NCBI GenBank assembly: GCA_964016885.1
Contig: OZ024746.1
Span: 17,918,001-17,982,000, forward strand
Length of the DNA stretch: 64,000 nt
Reading direction: 5' to 3'
Source of the DNA: Eledone cirrhosa
Lineage: Eukaryota
A program made the translations under genes and the position numbers. The notes under the pieces were generated by a model. It ran no database searches and was not told the origin of the DNA. It saw nothing but the letters and a program-made list of their open reading frames with translations. Positions 24,721-36,975 of the stretch are shown one piece after another. Within the stretch, counting starts at the first letter, position 1; every line of letters begins with the position of its first letter.

Positions 24721-27149
24721 ATTTATATATATAAAGAATTAGATATTTTTTATAAATCAAGTTGTTTTATAGAGTCGATTTAAATTAAACAACACGCGCC
24801 TGAAGAGATGTGTATGTATGATTGAAGGGGGGGGGGGGAGATAGAGAGGGAGAGGAAGAGTGAGAGTTCCGATCTCAGCTGTAGTCTACGTAGTAAATAG
24901 TGACATATGGATCCAGCCGTCTTCCTGTAGGCAGGTGCTTTTCAATGTCCTTTGCTCCCTACTGGAAATTATTCAACAGAATATTTTACATACACTTTCT
25001 CTCTCTCTATTTATAATATATGATATATATATATATCCACCTATCGTTCTCTACTGTTTTCTCTACAAAACCTGACTTATTTAGATGTCTGCTATGACAT
25101 CCCCTTGTTAATTTAGATACGTAACCTTTTTCTTCTCTCTCTCTTCCTCTACTCTGTCTTTATTTTCGGATTTAATAGCTAACAGAATGAAGATGGCATA
25201 AAATGGATGACAGAACTGCTCATGGTAATTCATTTCTATTATTCTAACAAAACAAAATCTTTTCAGTTAAATTGATTATTTGCTTGCTTAAAGGATTATT
25301 GACGAAACGCTTGTGAGGATTCCGATACAGCTTATAGTTAACACGAAAGATGTAAAATTGCCATCTGTGTGTGAGTTAGTGAGATAAAGTGATAGAGGCG
25401 GAGTATATGTGTGTGTGTGAAAGAAAAATTGTATATTGTAAGGGAGAGTGCGTGTAAGAGAACATTGAAGGAATGCCTGTGTGGGTGAGAGAATTCGTGT
25501 GTCAGCCGCACCGTCAACGTGTGTATAGATATTTTTCTCCTAGCTGCTTAAAACACTCAGAAGCTGGTTGCGTAAATGTTGGTTGTTGCTATTTTTAAAT
25601 GGTGCAGGTGTTTAAAGAATACTTCTACACGAAATGACAGCCATACCATCGAACTTGCATTTACAAATTAATTCTGTCAATTCAATCCAGTTTTGTTTTA
25701 ATAGCCATTCTTTTAGGGAAGGGGTCATTTAAAAAAAAATGTATATTACAGCAGTATCCGATTTATTTCTTTACAACCCTTATAATTCAAACTTGGCTCT
25801 CTCTTGGTAATTGTAATTGTCACAGATATTTATTTTTTAATCTAGACTATCATGCCAATCTAAAAATAATCATTATTTGCCAGGGAAATGTATGAATGTC
25901 ATACGTTCCCATTTTCTCTCATATATATCCCATAGACAGATAATAGGAATTGTATTTAAAACACACAAGGTCTTTTTTATTCGGCGCTTATATGTTGTGT
26001 ATTTTAAACGTGAAGAGAGTGTACTGTCCTATATGGGTGAACCGTGCATAGTTACGCTTTGTAAAGGGTTGTCAGCCATTCAGGAATTATTGTTTCCGAG
26101 ATGGAAACACTGCTTTTGTAATGCAACATTAGTCATGTGAAATGTGTGAGAGGCTATCGGTCAGAATTAGCATTTGAAAGAATGTCATGGTTTGAATTGG
26201 AATAGATAAATAAATGTCTTCTGATCTGTTTCGTCGCGATGTGAACTGTTTGTGCTTTAGAATTATAAAAAAAATAATGATAATAAAAGTAAAAGGCTGT
26301 TAAGTCCCACATTGCTGGAAACATTTAAGGACTCTATTCGGAGTTAGGTCAAGCGAGAGCTGTTGATGTCTGTGCAAGAATAACAGAGAGGGTTAGGCCA
26401 CTGGTATAAGAGATGCTCTGTTTAAACATTACAACGAATTGAAGTTCAGAAGGGAGAAACGGTTGATCTTAGGGGTTATTATTTATCCGCGAAGTCATAA
26501 CCGTTACAGAGTAACAGTTTTTTCTCTTCTATAAAAATCAAAGTGTAATGTCGATGTAAAAAAAACAAAACAATATTTGTCCTTCGATAAATCTGTCAAA
26601 TATAATTTATTAATGAAATTGTTGAAATGTTTTGTTAAATGTTTTCAGCTCAGTTCTTATGATACCAATCATCTTTCAAAGTAAATCCTAAGATTTGCTG
26701 CTGCTACTACTACTACTACTACTATGGACACCATAAGTCCGATTATATACTTTCGTTATTTAAAACAATTAAAGCTTGGCTGATCTTTTATCTAGTAATT
26801 ATTAAACAAATTTGAGAAATATTTAATACTAAAGGATAAATTTAATGTATGTTAAACCTTTTAAGAGAGCAGTCACTCGGAAATAATTGACATAGTATTG
26901 AGAGGATTCATCAGTTCAGTCAGTCAACCTCTCTAGTACCGGTAGCACGATAAAATACATCCAGTCTATGCCGTAAAGTGGTTGGTGATAGGAAGGGCAT
27001 CCCCCTGCCAAAAAACTATTATAAGCACAACATACAAGATTCTCATTAATTGTGTTTTGGGGACTACCACTAGTTGTATTATTAGTGCTACACATAGTTG
27101 AGGGACTAACCTAGCCATGTGTGGAAAGTACTCGACCATCATCAAGTAA

Positions 27150-27610
27150 TTGCACACCCACATTCTCTTCCCGGCAAAGAGAACTTCTACTAAAGGACCT
27201 AATCACTTCTGTCAGATAACACATCTCAAGGCTGCTACTCTCAATGTGGGCACACTGAAAGATAGAGGTGGAGTTAATTGAGAGGAAACAAATAAATATA
27301 TAGTATGTACAAGAAGTGAGATTGAAGGGAGGTTCAACCAAACTCCTCACAGGCAAACAACATAGATGTAAGTTTTCCTGGGGAGGAAATGACGATAGGG
27401 TAGGTGGAGTAGGCATTTTAATAGCTGAGAAGTGGATAGATAAGGTAATTGAAGTGGTTAGGGTGACATAATTATCAAACTCAGAATAGTTGTAGCAATG
27501 GAATGACAAGTTATCTTTACCTATACACCACAATCAGGACTAGGTAAACAACAAAAAGACTGTTTCTATGAGGAACTTTTACAAACAACTTCAGTTACAG
27601 GAGTGTGATT
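27150..27610 (+). mobile_element. RTE LINE 5' fragment (AP-endonuclease domain), degraded
   Basis: ATLNVGTLK, YVQEVRLKG, FSWGGNDDRVGGVGILIAEKW and KDCFYEELL APE-like motifs across frameshifts. Confidence 0.7.
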
Positions 27611-28379
27611 CTTATCAGTCAAAAAAGTCTGACCACCAGAAGACAGAACAGAAGGTGAATAATTTTCCAGGGATCCAAACACCTTTTTGAGACCTTCATA
27701 GAAACTTCCTGGATTTCAGCAACTTTAGACAACTATCATGACTAGAAAGCCAAACACCTTTTTGAGACCTTGTTTGATATTTCCTGGATTTCAGCAGCTT
27801 TAGACAAATATCATATCACCTGAGGGCAATTTTGACCTACTTTCTACATTTTTTTGATGTTGGAGTTTTTAATCATTGATCTAGGTTTTTTGTGAATTGT
27901 ACATCTTTTTATATATTGTTTAAACACTTGTATTATCATCATCAAGTGGTGTTTCTGGGGGGTTTTCTACAGGATTCCATGCCATCAGTTATCTACACTA
28001 AATCAAAAGAGGTTTCAAGTCAATCAAATAAATCTTTCTTAGTATGGCAGGATTTCAATGGTAAAATGTTGGTGTGCTTTGGGATTGATGAGTTGGTGAT
28101 ATTCTTTTTTCAAGCAATGCAGAAGGAAGTTTTACTGCATAAAAGAACATGATCTGAAACAAGTGTTGTGAAAGGAGCAGGTGATGTTAAAGTCCTTCAT
28201 ATCATGTTGCTTTGTAAATATGTAATCAATTTTATGTCAATCCTTTGACTTCAGATACATCCAAGTTATTTTGTGGTTCTTTGTTGGTAGAAAATGTTGG
28301 TGATTTCAAGGTCAAGTTCTCTGAAAAGGGAAAGAAACCACAAACCATTTAAGTTAATTCACCCCATTCCATGGGGACT

Positions 28380-28870
28380 GAGAATACCAGGCCATACTTG
28401 GTCAGCTCCCACTCAAGCATTGAAGTTTCCCATTAAAACAAGTTTGTTTTTATGTTGAACCTTTGAGATGACTATACTAAGTTGCTTATAAAACTCATCT
28501 CTCCTGTTCTGGGGCAGACATGGCTGGAGTATAACAACTGACTATGTGGCTGATATATTGGTTCCCAAGCCATGAGAGCATCATAATTCAGTCAGTGACT
28601 CCAGAAGAGAAGATACGGACTTCGCAAATTAAGATTTGATGAATGTGAACCTTCTTCAATTCTACCGACCAACCTCTTTCAGCTGTGTAATATCTGCTAG
28701 ACAAGTTTCACAGGGCAGAAATATCAATGTTATATTTATGAAGAAGATTAGGTATAATTGTTGTTTTCCATTCTGGGGTGGAATCATTATCTTGGAGTGT
28801 ACAGACATTCCACGAACTGAAGTTTAAATTCTTGATGCAATTTGTACTGTGGTATTGGATAACCAGACAG
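28380..28870 (-). mobile_element. RTE (BovB-like) LINE endonuclease fragment
   Basis: LNFSSWNVCTLQD...LHKYNIDISAL, then VIPAMSAP / GNFNA.VG APE motifs. Confidence 0.7.
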
Positions 28871-30187
28871 CTGCAGTGGGTTGCCAAGTTCGAGATAGGA
28901 GCAAGCAATGTTTAGGACTCCTTTTATGTCTCTTCATGTCTCCTTTCATGTCTCTGCCTGGTAAAGGGAAAACAGTGCTGTATCTAAATAGATTTACTTG
29001 GCCACCATTGGATAACAAAGGTTTTGTGCATGAATGGCTGTCATCCAATGGCCACCACTGTGTAAAACTCCAGCTAGAGACTACCAGTAAATCTTTTACC
29101 TGTTTCTGTCACTTTAACTCTCATTGGATATATTTGCTTGCTTTCAGTGTACTAGTGAAACTGCTGAAGTAATATTATTGCTGTTAGACTCCCTACATAA
29201 AGGTTTTCAGTAGTGAAGGTTTGTGTAGAACTAACCACACTTTTTTGGAAATGCTGATAGCAGAAAGTTGGTGCAAATGTTTGCACCAACATACCTCAGG
29301 CTTTTCTTATAAGAATTCTTCATCTCTTTGGTTAGTTTCTATTGCCATGGCTTAGAGTCTAACCTACCCAGGTAGGCTAAATGTACACCTGAGTACAAAC
29401 CAAGTATTTTAAAGTCATTGCATATAGATGTATATATTATGCAATTATATGGCTATTGACTCACCTAAGCTCATCTGCTCTTTGACGAGTTTTGTTTTTC
29501 ATCCCTCAGGGTGTCCAATAATCAGCTTCGTTACCAAGCAGGCTTTGTAATGGAGCCGGTTTATATATCACTTTAAAAACAAACAGTAGATAATGCTATG
29601 ACCTGTATTGAAATAACATTTCTTTAAATCACTTCACCATCTTTTCAAAGCAACAGTAGATAACATTATGTCCTGTATTAAAGTATTTTATATATGTTAT
29701 CCCCAAAAAAGGATTGGAAGGACTTTCAGTTGTGTCAAAGACATTACAACCTCTCCTGTGCACTCAGTAGAACGTGAGACCATACATTAAGCAAGATGCA
29801 GATCCATGGCCTGTCTGGGAGATCAGTAGCCCCACTTCAGTACTGACTTGGTCTATGTAGACCTGTCCAACTTCTGTGAGCAGGAAAGTGGACATTAAAA
29901 CGATGATGATACTGTATGTATGAATATACACTTGTATGTAAGTGTGTATATATACTTGTATGTAAGTATATATGTATATATATACATTTATACTTATATG
30001 TAAGTATATATGTGTATTTATGCCTAAATATATCTCATTTTATTGTCTTCCATATCCAGCTCTGTTCTGTCACACATATACACATACATATATATTGTGT
30101 GTAAATAGAATTATCAGGCATTTAAAAAAAATAACCACATGAATCAAATGGTACTAAACAGGAGCAGTATGAATTAAATTTCAATCC

Positions 30188-30559
30188 ACTCTCGGGTCTT
30201 CAATAATCCTCCACCCACCGCTTATTAATATTTCAGACCGCCCCTCCCTCTCTTTTTCCACCCACCCCGCTTATTAAATTTTGCTAATTTAATTCCGGCG
30301 AAATTTTACTTTAAGTGGTAGCAGTCCTGCAACAATTAATTTTCTTTATACATAAAAAAAAATAATACATGACAGAAAAAGTTCATTACTAAAAATCCCA
30401 TAAGTTATAAAATAAATAGAATGAGTCGGGGTCTTTATAAACTAAAAGACTAATTCTGCTTTTTTTTTTTTTTAATCAACGGAGACAACCTAGAAAAATT
30501 ACCAATTTTACACTCCCACCCCCGCTTATTCCACCCCTTTTATTTGGGACCCGAAAATA
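30188..30559. mobile_element. MITE with imperfect TIRs (partial copy at ~49510-49702)
   Basis: ACTCTCGGGTCTTCAATAA...TTATTTGGGACCCGAAAATA termini and repeated CCCCGCTTATT subterminal motifs. Confidence 0.6.
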
Positions 30560-31180
30560 CCCCCGAAATAGAGCAGTGCGCATGTATATATATATATATA
30601 TATATATATACTCTGTGATCACATACATATTTCTAAAATATCGTGGAAAATGTAGGAAATGAAAAGTTCAAACGTTTGGGGAACATTGTATGGGTCCTGA
30701 GCTGGGATGATCACTACAGGACGATCACTATAGTTTCACTTCCATCAATCTGCAGCTATTGACAGTGAAGCGCCAAACCCTATGATCGTCTCTAGTAGGA
30801 TACCAATCGGAAACAAGGGTTAAAATATTCTAAAGTCTGTCTCGAGCCCGAAGGCTCATCAGGCCGGTGCATATACCTGTTTCTGTGGCGTTGACTGACT
30901 GAGACTCCTTCCTGGACAGGACGCCAGTCCGTCACAAGTATACTAGATCAACTTGAAATGAAGTGTTTTTTCTCAAGAATATAACACAACGTAGTCCAGG
31001 AATGAAACCCGCGACATTATGATCATAAGTCCAACACACTTACCGCCAAGCCACGCACCTCTTATAAAATATTGTCATTGTTTATAGTAGACCTTTATAG
31101 ACATAGCTTAATTGGCACACTTACAGATTAGTTCTACCCTGGCTTTGTTTCCATATAACCTAATAATGCATATGTTTTCC

Positions 31181-32710
31181 AGTGAAAGTTGGTAGAGAAA
31201 AGTTTTCGACGATTGCTTCACCACTACTCTGCAATTCATACTTGTATAAAAGACATTAGATTCTTGTAGAAAATAGGACATTACCCTGATTGAAATGATG
31301 AAAAAAAAATGAATTTAGACTTTATCTACTAGAAATGTATCGAAAGTATTCACTAATATCGAACGAAAGTATAGACTAATGAAAGCATTATATGTTGCCT
31401 TTAAGTATCAAATAATTGTTATACACTTTCACTTTTAGGGGAACACTCAACTGTAGTTATGTCAATAAATTATTAATCTAAGCTTTAGCATTAAATATTG
31501 TTTAGATTTATCTTTACCTATCATTGCTTAAAAAACGAAAGTGTTTAATAATAAGACGAAAGTATTTAATAAGAAAACGAAAGTATTTAATAGAGTAAAA
31601 TAAATGATGGGAATTGCGGTGTGTAGGTTTGCATAAGATCGAATCATATAAGGTAAGTTACTATTAGTCTTTTAAATTCTGTTGTCCACATCCAACCGCT
31701 AAACGACAATCTTTTTCAAAAGTCAATCAGTTAACTTTAATCAATAATATATATATTACAAAAACGGAACTGTAAATATATCATAAATATTAAATACAAT
31801 ATTTTATCTTGTAATTTTGCACTTTCACTTTTCCCTGTCGAATAATTTTACACAATATGGAGCTACTACTCAAAATAATTTAAAAAAAAAAATGCTATCA
31901 AAATATCAATCACCAGTTAGGGGGGGGGAGGGGGTCGCATCCCATAGACAAATAGTATTACCGGTTTACAATTAGAATTTGGTAAGGCCTATAAAAGCTC
32001 TTCAGTTTTAGAAAACGTTATAAGCTGTGAGCTTCATAACATAAAGGTTTTTTTTTAATGTAACAATTAGCACATTTAAATAACAAAATCAATGGCAATA
32101 AAATAATCGATACAAGTAACCTAATTGAGCAATTGTACTGCCATTTCAGCTTTGTAAATCGTAAACGATCATCAGAAATAGTTGAAGAGGAGTGAAGGGC
32201 TTTAAGTCTTTTTCTTTTAGGAAAAAAAAATCGTTTAAATGTTATTCGCGGTATGGGTTTTGTCTGTACAATAAAAATAGGAATAAAAGTACTGAATATT
32301 TAATTTAAAAGGGATTTGTTAATGTTTGATGTTTTATAAATATCGATAAACCCTGATTGATGAAATTAGAATTCAGGTGTTACATAAAGGTTTATTTATT
32401 TCGGGAACAGTCCTGAGAATCTGTCCTCCAATCTTCGAAGAAACAAAAATACTTAGCATTTTATTCAATTTAGTATACCATAAAGTCTAGCATAGGTCAA
32501 GTTCTATTTTCGTGGTCTACCTTTAAAACGAAAGTAACATTTGAAAGCAAAAACAAAATCACAAATAAAAGCAAATGTACTTAGTTTCTGTATACACAAA
32601 ATTGTGAACTATTTTATTTAACTTCGTCGATCTAATCGATCCGAGTGTTACATTCCGTCGTTCACGTTTCTGTTTATATATTTTCTCTCTTCAAATTTTA
32701 CTTTCACTTT
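31181..32710. promoter_or_regulatory. Cluster of IRF/PRDM1-like GAAAGT motifs next to a consensus + strand splice donor (31652/31653)
   Basis: About 10 (A/G)ACGAAAGT, AGTGAAAGT or ACTTTCACTTT motifs, three of them phased at 21 bp (31534, 31555, 31576), and AAG|GTAAGT at 31652. Function is inferred. Confidence 0.4.
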
Positions 32711-33539
32711 AATGGCTGACGAAAATAGGGCGTAACCCTAATTTGACTTTAGGTTGTTAACGACATAATTATATCAGGTTGAAGGTCTGGTTTACAGAGA
32801 TTGTTTTAAACGAATATTTTTAGATATATATTATTCATTCATAGCAAGGAAAATAGCTATAAAATGCTTGTTGTATTACACATCTATAAAGATATTTCTG
32901 TTGCCAAAGCACAGGCTCAAACTTTATTTAAACAGATGGTGGACAAGAAAAATATTGTATTAAATACAAATAGACAATTCTTTTGTATTGTTCTTTCTAG
33001 AAATATAGAAATTTTGAAGTTAAAAAAAATAGACCCACATATTTTCCTTTCATTCTTTCATCTATTACAATGACTCTTTATTATTCTTTCATTGCACTGT
33101 TTTTAAGACCAGCAATCAGCTTTGCCGTTCTAAACAAGACTGGTTTGGTATGATCGTTACATGTTTTGTCTTTCATCTTAATGTTCTTCTTAACGTTGCT
33201 AATCAACTGGCACGTCTTTCTGCCAATCTTCATCCTTTCACTGTACTTGCTCCCTCTTGTTAGAAGAGTTTCTATTCAACTAGTGTCTTTTCGTGAATGC
33301 CTTATGGGTTTCTCTTGTTGTTTCCTCGATGGTTAAAATCTTAATTCTTTAAAATCTCATGTCTATAGTTTTTTTTAGTTAGATTTCCTTCTTTTCCTTT
33401 GTAATTCTATCAAGTATATATGCTGAATACACTCGTATATAACCGAGAAATATGTGACGATAAAATGAGGACGACTTATACGTAAATAAGGTGCTAAAAT
33501 ATTTTCACTTTGGAGATAAATATTATTATAAATAGTTTA

Positions 33540-33658
33540 ACTTTGGAAGTGAATATTACACTGGTTTCACTTTGGAAGTGAATATTACACTGGTTTCACT
33601 TTAGAAGTGAATATAACACTGGTTTCACTTTTAGGTGAATATTACATTGGTTTCACTT
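33540..33658. repeat. 29-bp minisatellite x4 containing GGTTTCACTT(T)
   Basis: Unit CACTTTGGAAGTGAATATTACACTGGTTT. Motif starts at 33563, 33592, 33621 and 33649. Confidence 0.9.
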
Positions 33659-33760
33659 AGTTGTTTGTTTCTTGAATTATTATGGCCTTCAAAACGATCG
33701 GAAATCGGTAAAAGAAAACATCACGTAATGGAGTTGTGAAACAAAAACTATACTCTAAGT

Positions 33761-34060
33761 CAGTGATTCTCAACGTGGACCACCGGTGGTCCACATAGCA
33801 TTTCTAGTGGTCCACAGAAAATTCGTAGCCTTAAAAAAATTGTAGCCATTTCACAAAAATGTAACTAATATAATATTTTGTTTAATTACACACATGTCCA
33901 TTATATTTGAACATTTCGAGTTCACAGCCCTGATACTATGGGCATGTGGTTAGAATGTCTCTAACAGTTCTATTACAAAAGATTTAAAAGTTTAGGTGGT
34001 CCACAGGAAAAAATTACTTATTTTGGTGGTCCACAGCGAAAAAAAGGTTGAGAACCCCTG
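33761..34060. mobile_element. Intact 300-bp hAT (Charlie-like) MITE with perfect 8-bp TSD
   Basis: TIRs CAGTGATTCTCAAC / GTTGAGAACCCCTG. TSD CTCTAAGT at 33753-33760 and 34061-34068. Confidence 0.92.
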
Positions 34061-34309
34061 CTCTAAGTGACACAAAAACATTTTAAATATCAAAATATTA
34101 GAACTTCATAAATATATTCTCCACCCTTGTACTATTTAAATATAATGTTGATTTGCTGCCTCGGTTTATAAACAGGATTTGGATTTTTGCCCAGTTCTCA
34201 GAAATAAAATAGGGGGTCGACTTTTATTCGACTATATATACATATATATATATATATATACCTACACACACATATATATGTTTGTATATATGTATGTATA
34301 TATATATAT

Positions 34310-36005
34310 ATCATAATCATCATCACTATTTAACATTTTACATGCTGGTATAAGTTATACGGGTTGTCACATTTTGAGACTATTTTTATAATGCCTTACA
34401 ATGTGTACTGGGACCATTTTATCATGACTAACACTACCACCTAACAGGGTGAACTGAGTACTTTTTGTTGTGGTACCAGCATTACCTTATTACAAGACTA
34501 GAGTTCAAACTAGCTTTCCAGGGTGGCATATTGAACAAGAAGAGGAGAGTCTAATAAGGAGTTTAGAGGGGACAATTGAGAGTATGATGGGTGTGGTGGG
34601 GGTATCCTTTCCATATTCGTTTCTTTTCACTTGGATGGGAAGGTTAGTTTTCTGTAGTATGGCATGCCACCACTCAGTTTGATTCTGGGTCATCTCCTTT
34701 GTGAGGTTCAGCTATGTAATTTTCACCTTCACCACACAATCAGAAATTTTCCTAGGTCCTCCCCTTCTATAGCTGACATTGACTTTGAGCATTATGCATT
34801 TTTTTATGCAGCTCTCCTCCTCCATACACATTACATGTCTGTACCAACACAACCTCCTCTCCTTCACAGTGCATCTGATCTCTTTTATGCCTGCTTTTTC
34901 TCTCAGCTTATTGATGTTTTGTTGTTCATGCACACTACAATTACACACCCATGAGAGAGAGCGAGCATGCTTGCCTCATCTCTTTCCAATCTGCCTTTCA
35001 CTCTGAGGGAGAAACCATTTGTACCCAGCAGTGGTAGTAACTCGTTGAGCTTTTTCAAACCAATCTTTATTCTGGTTATTGTACTTTCAGTACACCCACT
35101 TGTACTGCTAATTTGGTCCCCCAGGTATCAGAAGTTGTCAACTATTTCTAGGGAGCCATCTGAGCATTTGATATGGTTTGTTTCACGTGAGTCCTTGTTG
35201 CTTACCACTCCTGTGCCTCGACCACATACAAAGCCTACAGTTTTTGATAGCCTGCTTGATGTTCCACTACATCTCTTGTATACCTATACCTTACAATTTG
35301 TACATGAGATGACATTTCTACTAACTCCTTTCTTGCATGCCAAAGCCATTTTCTTGTTTTCTTTATTATTTAATTAGACATTAGTCTTCGCCAAGTTCAC
35401 TCAGAAGTCTATTGTTTTCATATCTGGAATTTCTTCTCTAAGTCTGTTGTGGACTCAGCTTTATGGACTAGATCATCAGCATATAGGAGTCCACGTGGTC
35501 AGCCAGTCAAACTTATCTGTTGTGGCATGGGAAACAATAATAAACAGGAGAGGGCTGAAGCAGATTTCTGGTGGACCCCCATATGCACTGTAAATTCATC
35601 ATTATTAATTCTAACCTTACTAATTGCACTTTTGTACATGGCTTATACCACCTTTACAAGTCATTTATCTACCCCTAGTTTCCTAAAATCCCACCAGATT
35701 ACGGAACAGAACCCATGCTAGCATAGAAAAGTGGACATTAAACAGTGATAATGGTACGCTACCAAAAGCTTTTTCCAGGTCAACAAATGCTAAGTAGAGG
35801 AGCTTGCTCATAGCTAGGTACTTCCTCTGAAGCTGTCTCACAAAGAAGAAGACATCTATGTTAATTCTATCCCTAATTAGTTGTGCAACAATTCAGTAAT
35901 TTTCATGACATGGTTCATCAACTTGATGCCTCTATAGTTTCCTCTGTTCAATGCATCAAGTTGCTATGGCAGTCATTAGGTATGACACCGTTCTATATTA
36001 CTTGA
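34310..36005 (-). mobile_element. Degraded RTE LINE (RT to 3' UTR)
   Basis: ERRLCWYRHVMC, GGPRK and LLYADDLV motifs on the minus strand, with a (CAT)n tail near 34310. Confidence 0.85.
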
Positions 36006-36656
36006 TTTACTATATCCACTACAACTAGTGAAGTTGTCTTCTCATCCACTACAGGTTAAAGGGACATCTCCACTCCATGTTGTCCTTGGACTTTTGCATC
36101 TTTTATTTTAGTGTGGTAGTGCTTGTGATTGGGTTTTTTTTTTTTGTTGTATTATTGCATATTGCCAATGAGCTCAGTCCTGAGTGTGGTCCTTTGTGTG
36201 TGTGTATATATATATAGACCACGAAAAACATGGGCGGAGGTGGTGAGAGCAGACCTCAGATCGCTGAAACTCACGGAGGTGATGACGAAGGACCGTGACA
36301 AGTGGGCAGATGCTGTGCTGAATAGGACCCATCCAACCCTTGCAAACAGGGAAAAGCGGACGTAAAATGATGATGATGATATATATATATATGTGTGTGT
36401 GTCAATATGTGATTTAATTTTTAGGTTATTTGTGGACTTGTGTTGAGTTAAAGAAGGTTGGCCTGGCTTCTATGGTGCAGGAAATGTAAACATGACCTGA
36501 ACTAATAACTTTATCAACACATGCTGGAGCAAAAGTAACAAACAATCGTGAGAAAATAACCATATGGATATGTAACTTAATTGTTAGGTCAGAGAAGGTA
36601 TGAAATATGATGTAACCATTGTTAACATAAGGGGCAATGGTGCAAGTATTGTCAAA

Positions 36657-36975
36657 ATATGGTGCAACTATTGTCAACATATGGTGCTGCTATTGTCAAC
36701 ATGGTGCTGCTATTGTTAACATATGGTGCTGCTATTGTCAACATATGGTGCTGCTATTGTCAACATATGGTGCTGCTATTGTCAACATATGGTGCTGCTA
36801 TTGTCAACATATGGTGCTGCTATTGTCAACATATGGTGCTGCTATTGTCAACATATGGTGCTGCTATTGTCTACATATGGTGGCTGCTATTGTCAACATA
36901 TGGTGTAGCTATTGTCAACATATGGTGTAGCTATTGTCAACATATGGTGTAGCTATTGTTAACATATGGTGCAAC
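36657..36975. repeat. 22-bp minisatellite, about 14 copies
   Basis: Unit ATATGGTGCTGCTATTGTCAAC, head to tail with no spacers. Confidence 0.95.

Larger units (their letters stand above)
33421..34242. mobile_element. Old pogo/Tigger-type MITE containing a minisatellite and a nested hAT MITE
   Basis: Degenerate termini ATACACTCGTATATAACCGA...GGGGGTCGACTTTTATTCGACTATATA resemble TACCGTATATACTCG-type TIR families. Confidence 0.5.

Noticed and set aside
33070-33345. Charged coding-like stretch on the minus strand
   Set aside because: Stops in all frames checked and the longest ORF is about 50 aa. Possibly a decayed transposon fragment, not identifiable.
36657-36975. 22-bp repeat array as a CRISPR array, or the Cys-rich ORFs over it
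   Set aside because: Units are head to tail with no unique spacers, there are no cas genes, and the context is eukaryotic. The ORFs arise from the repeat.
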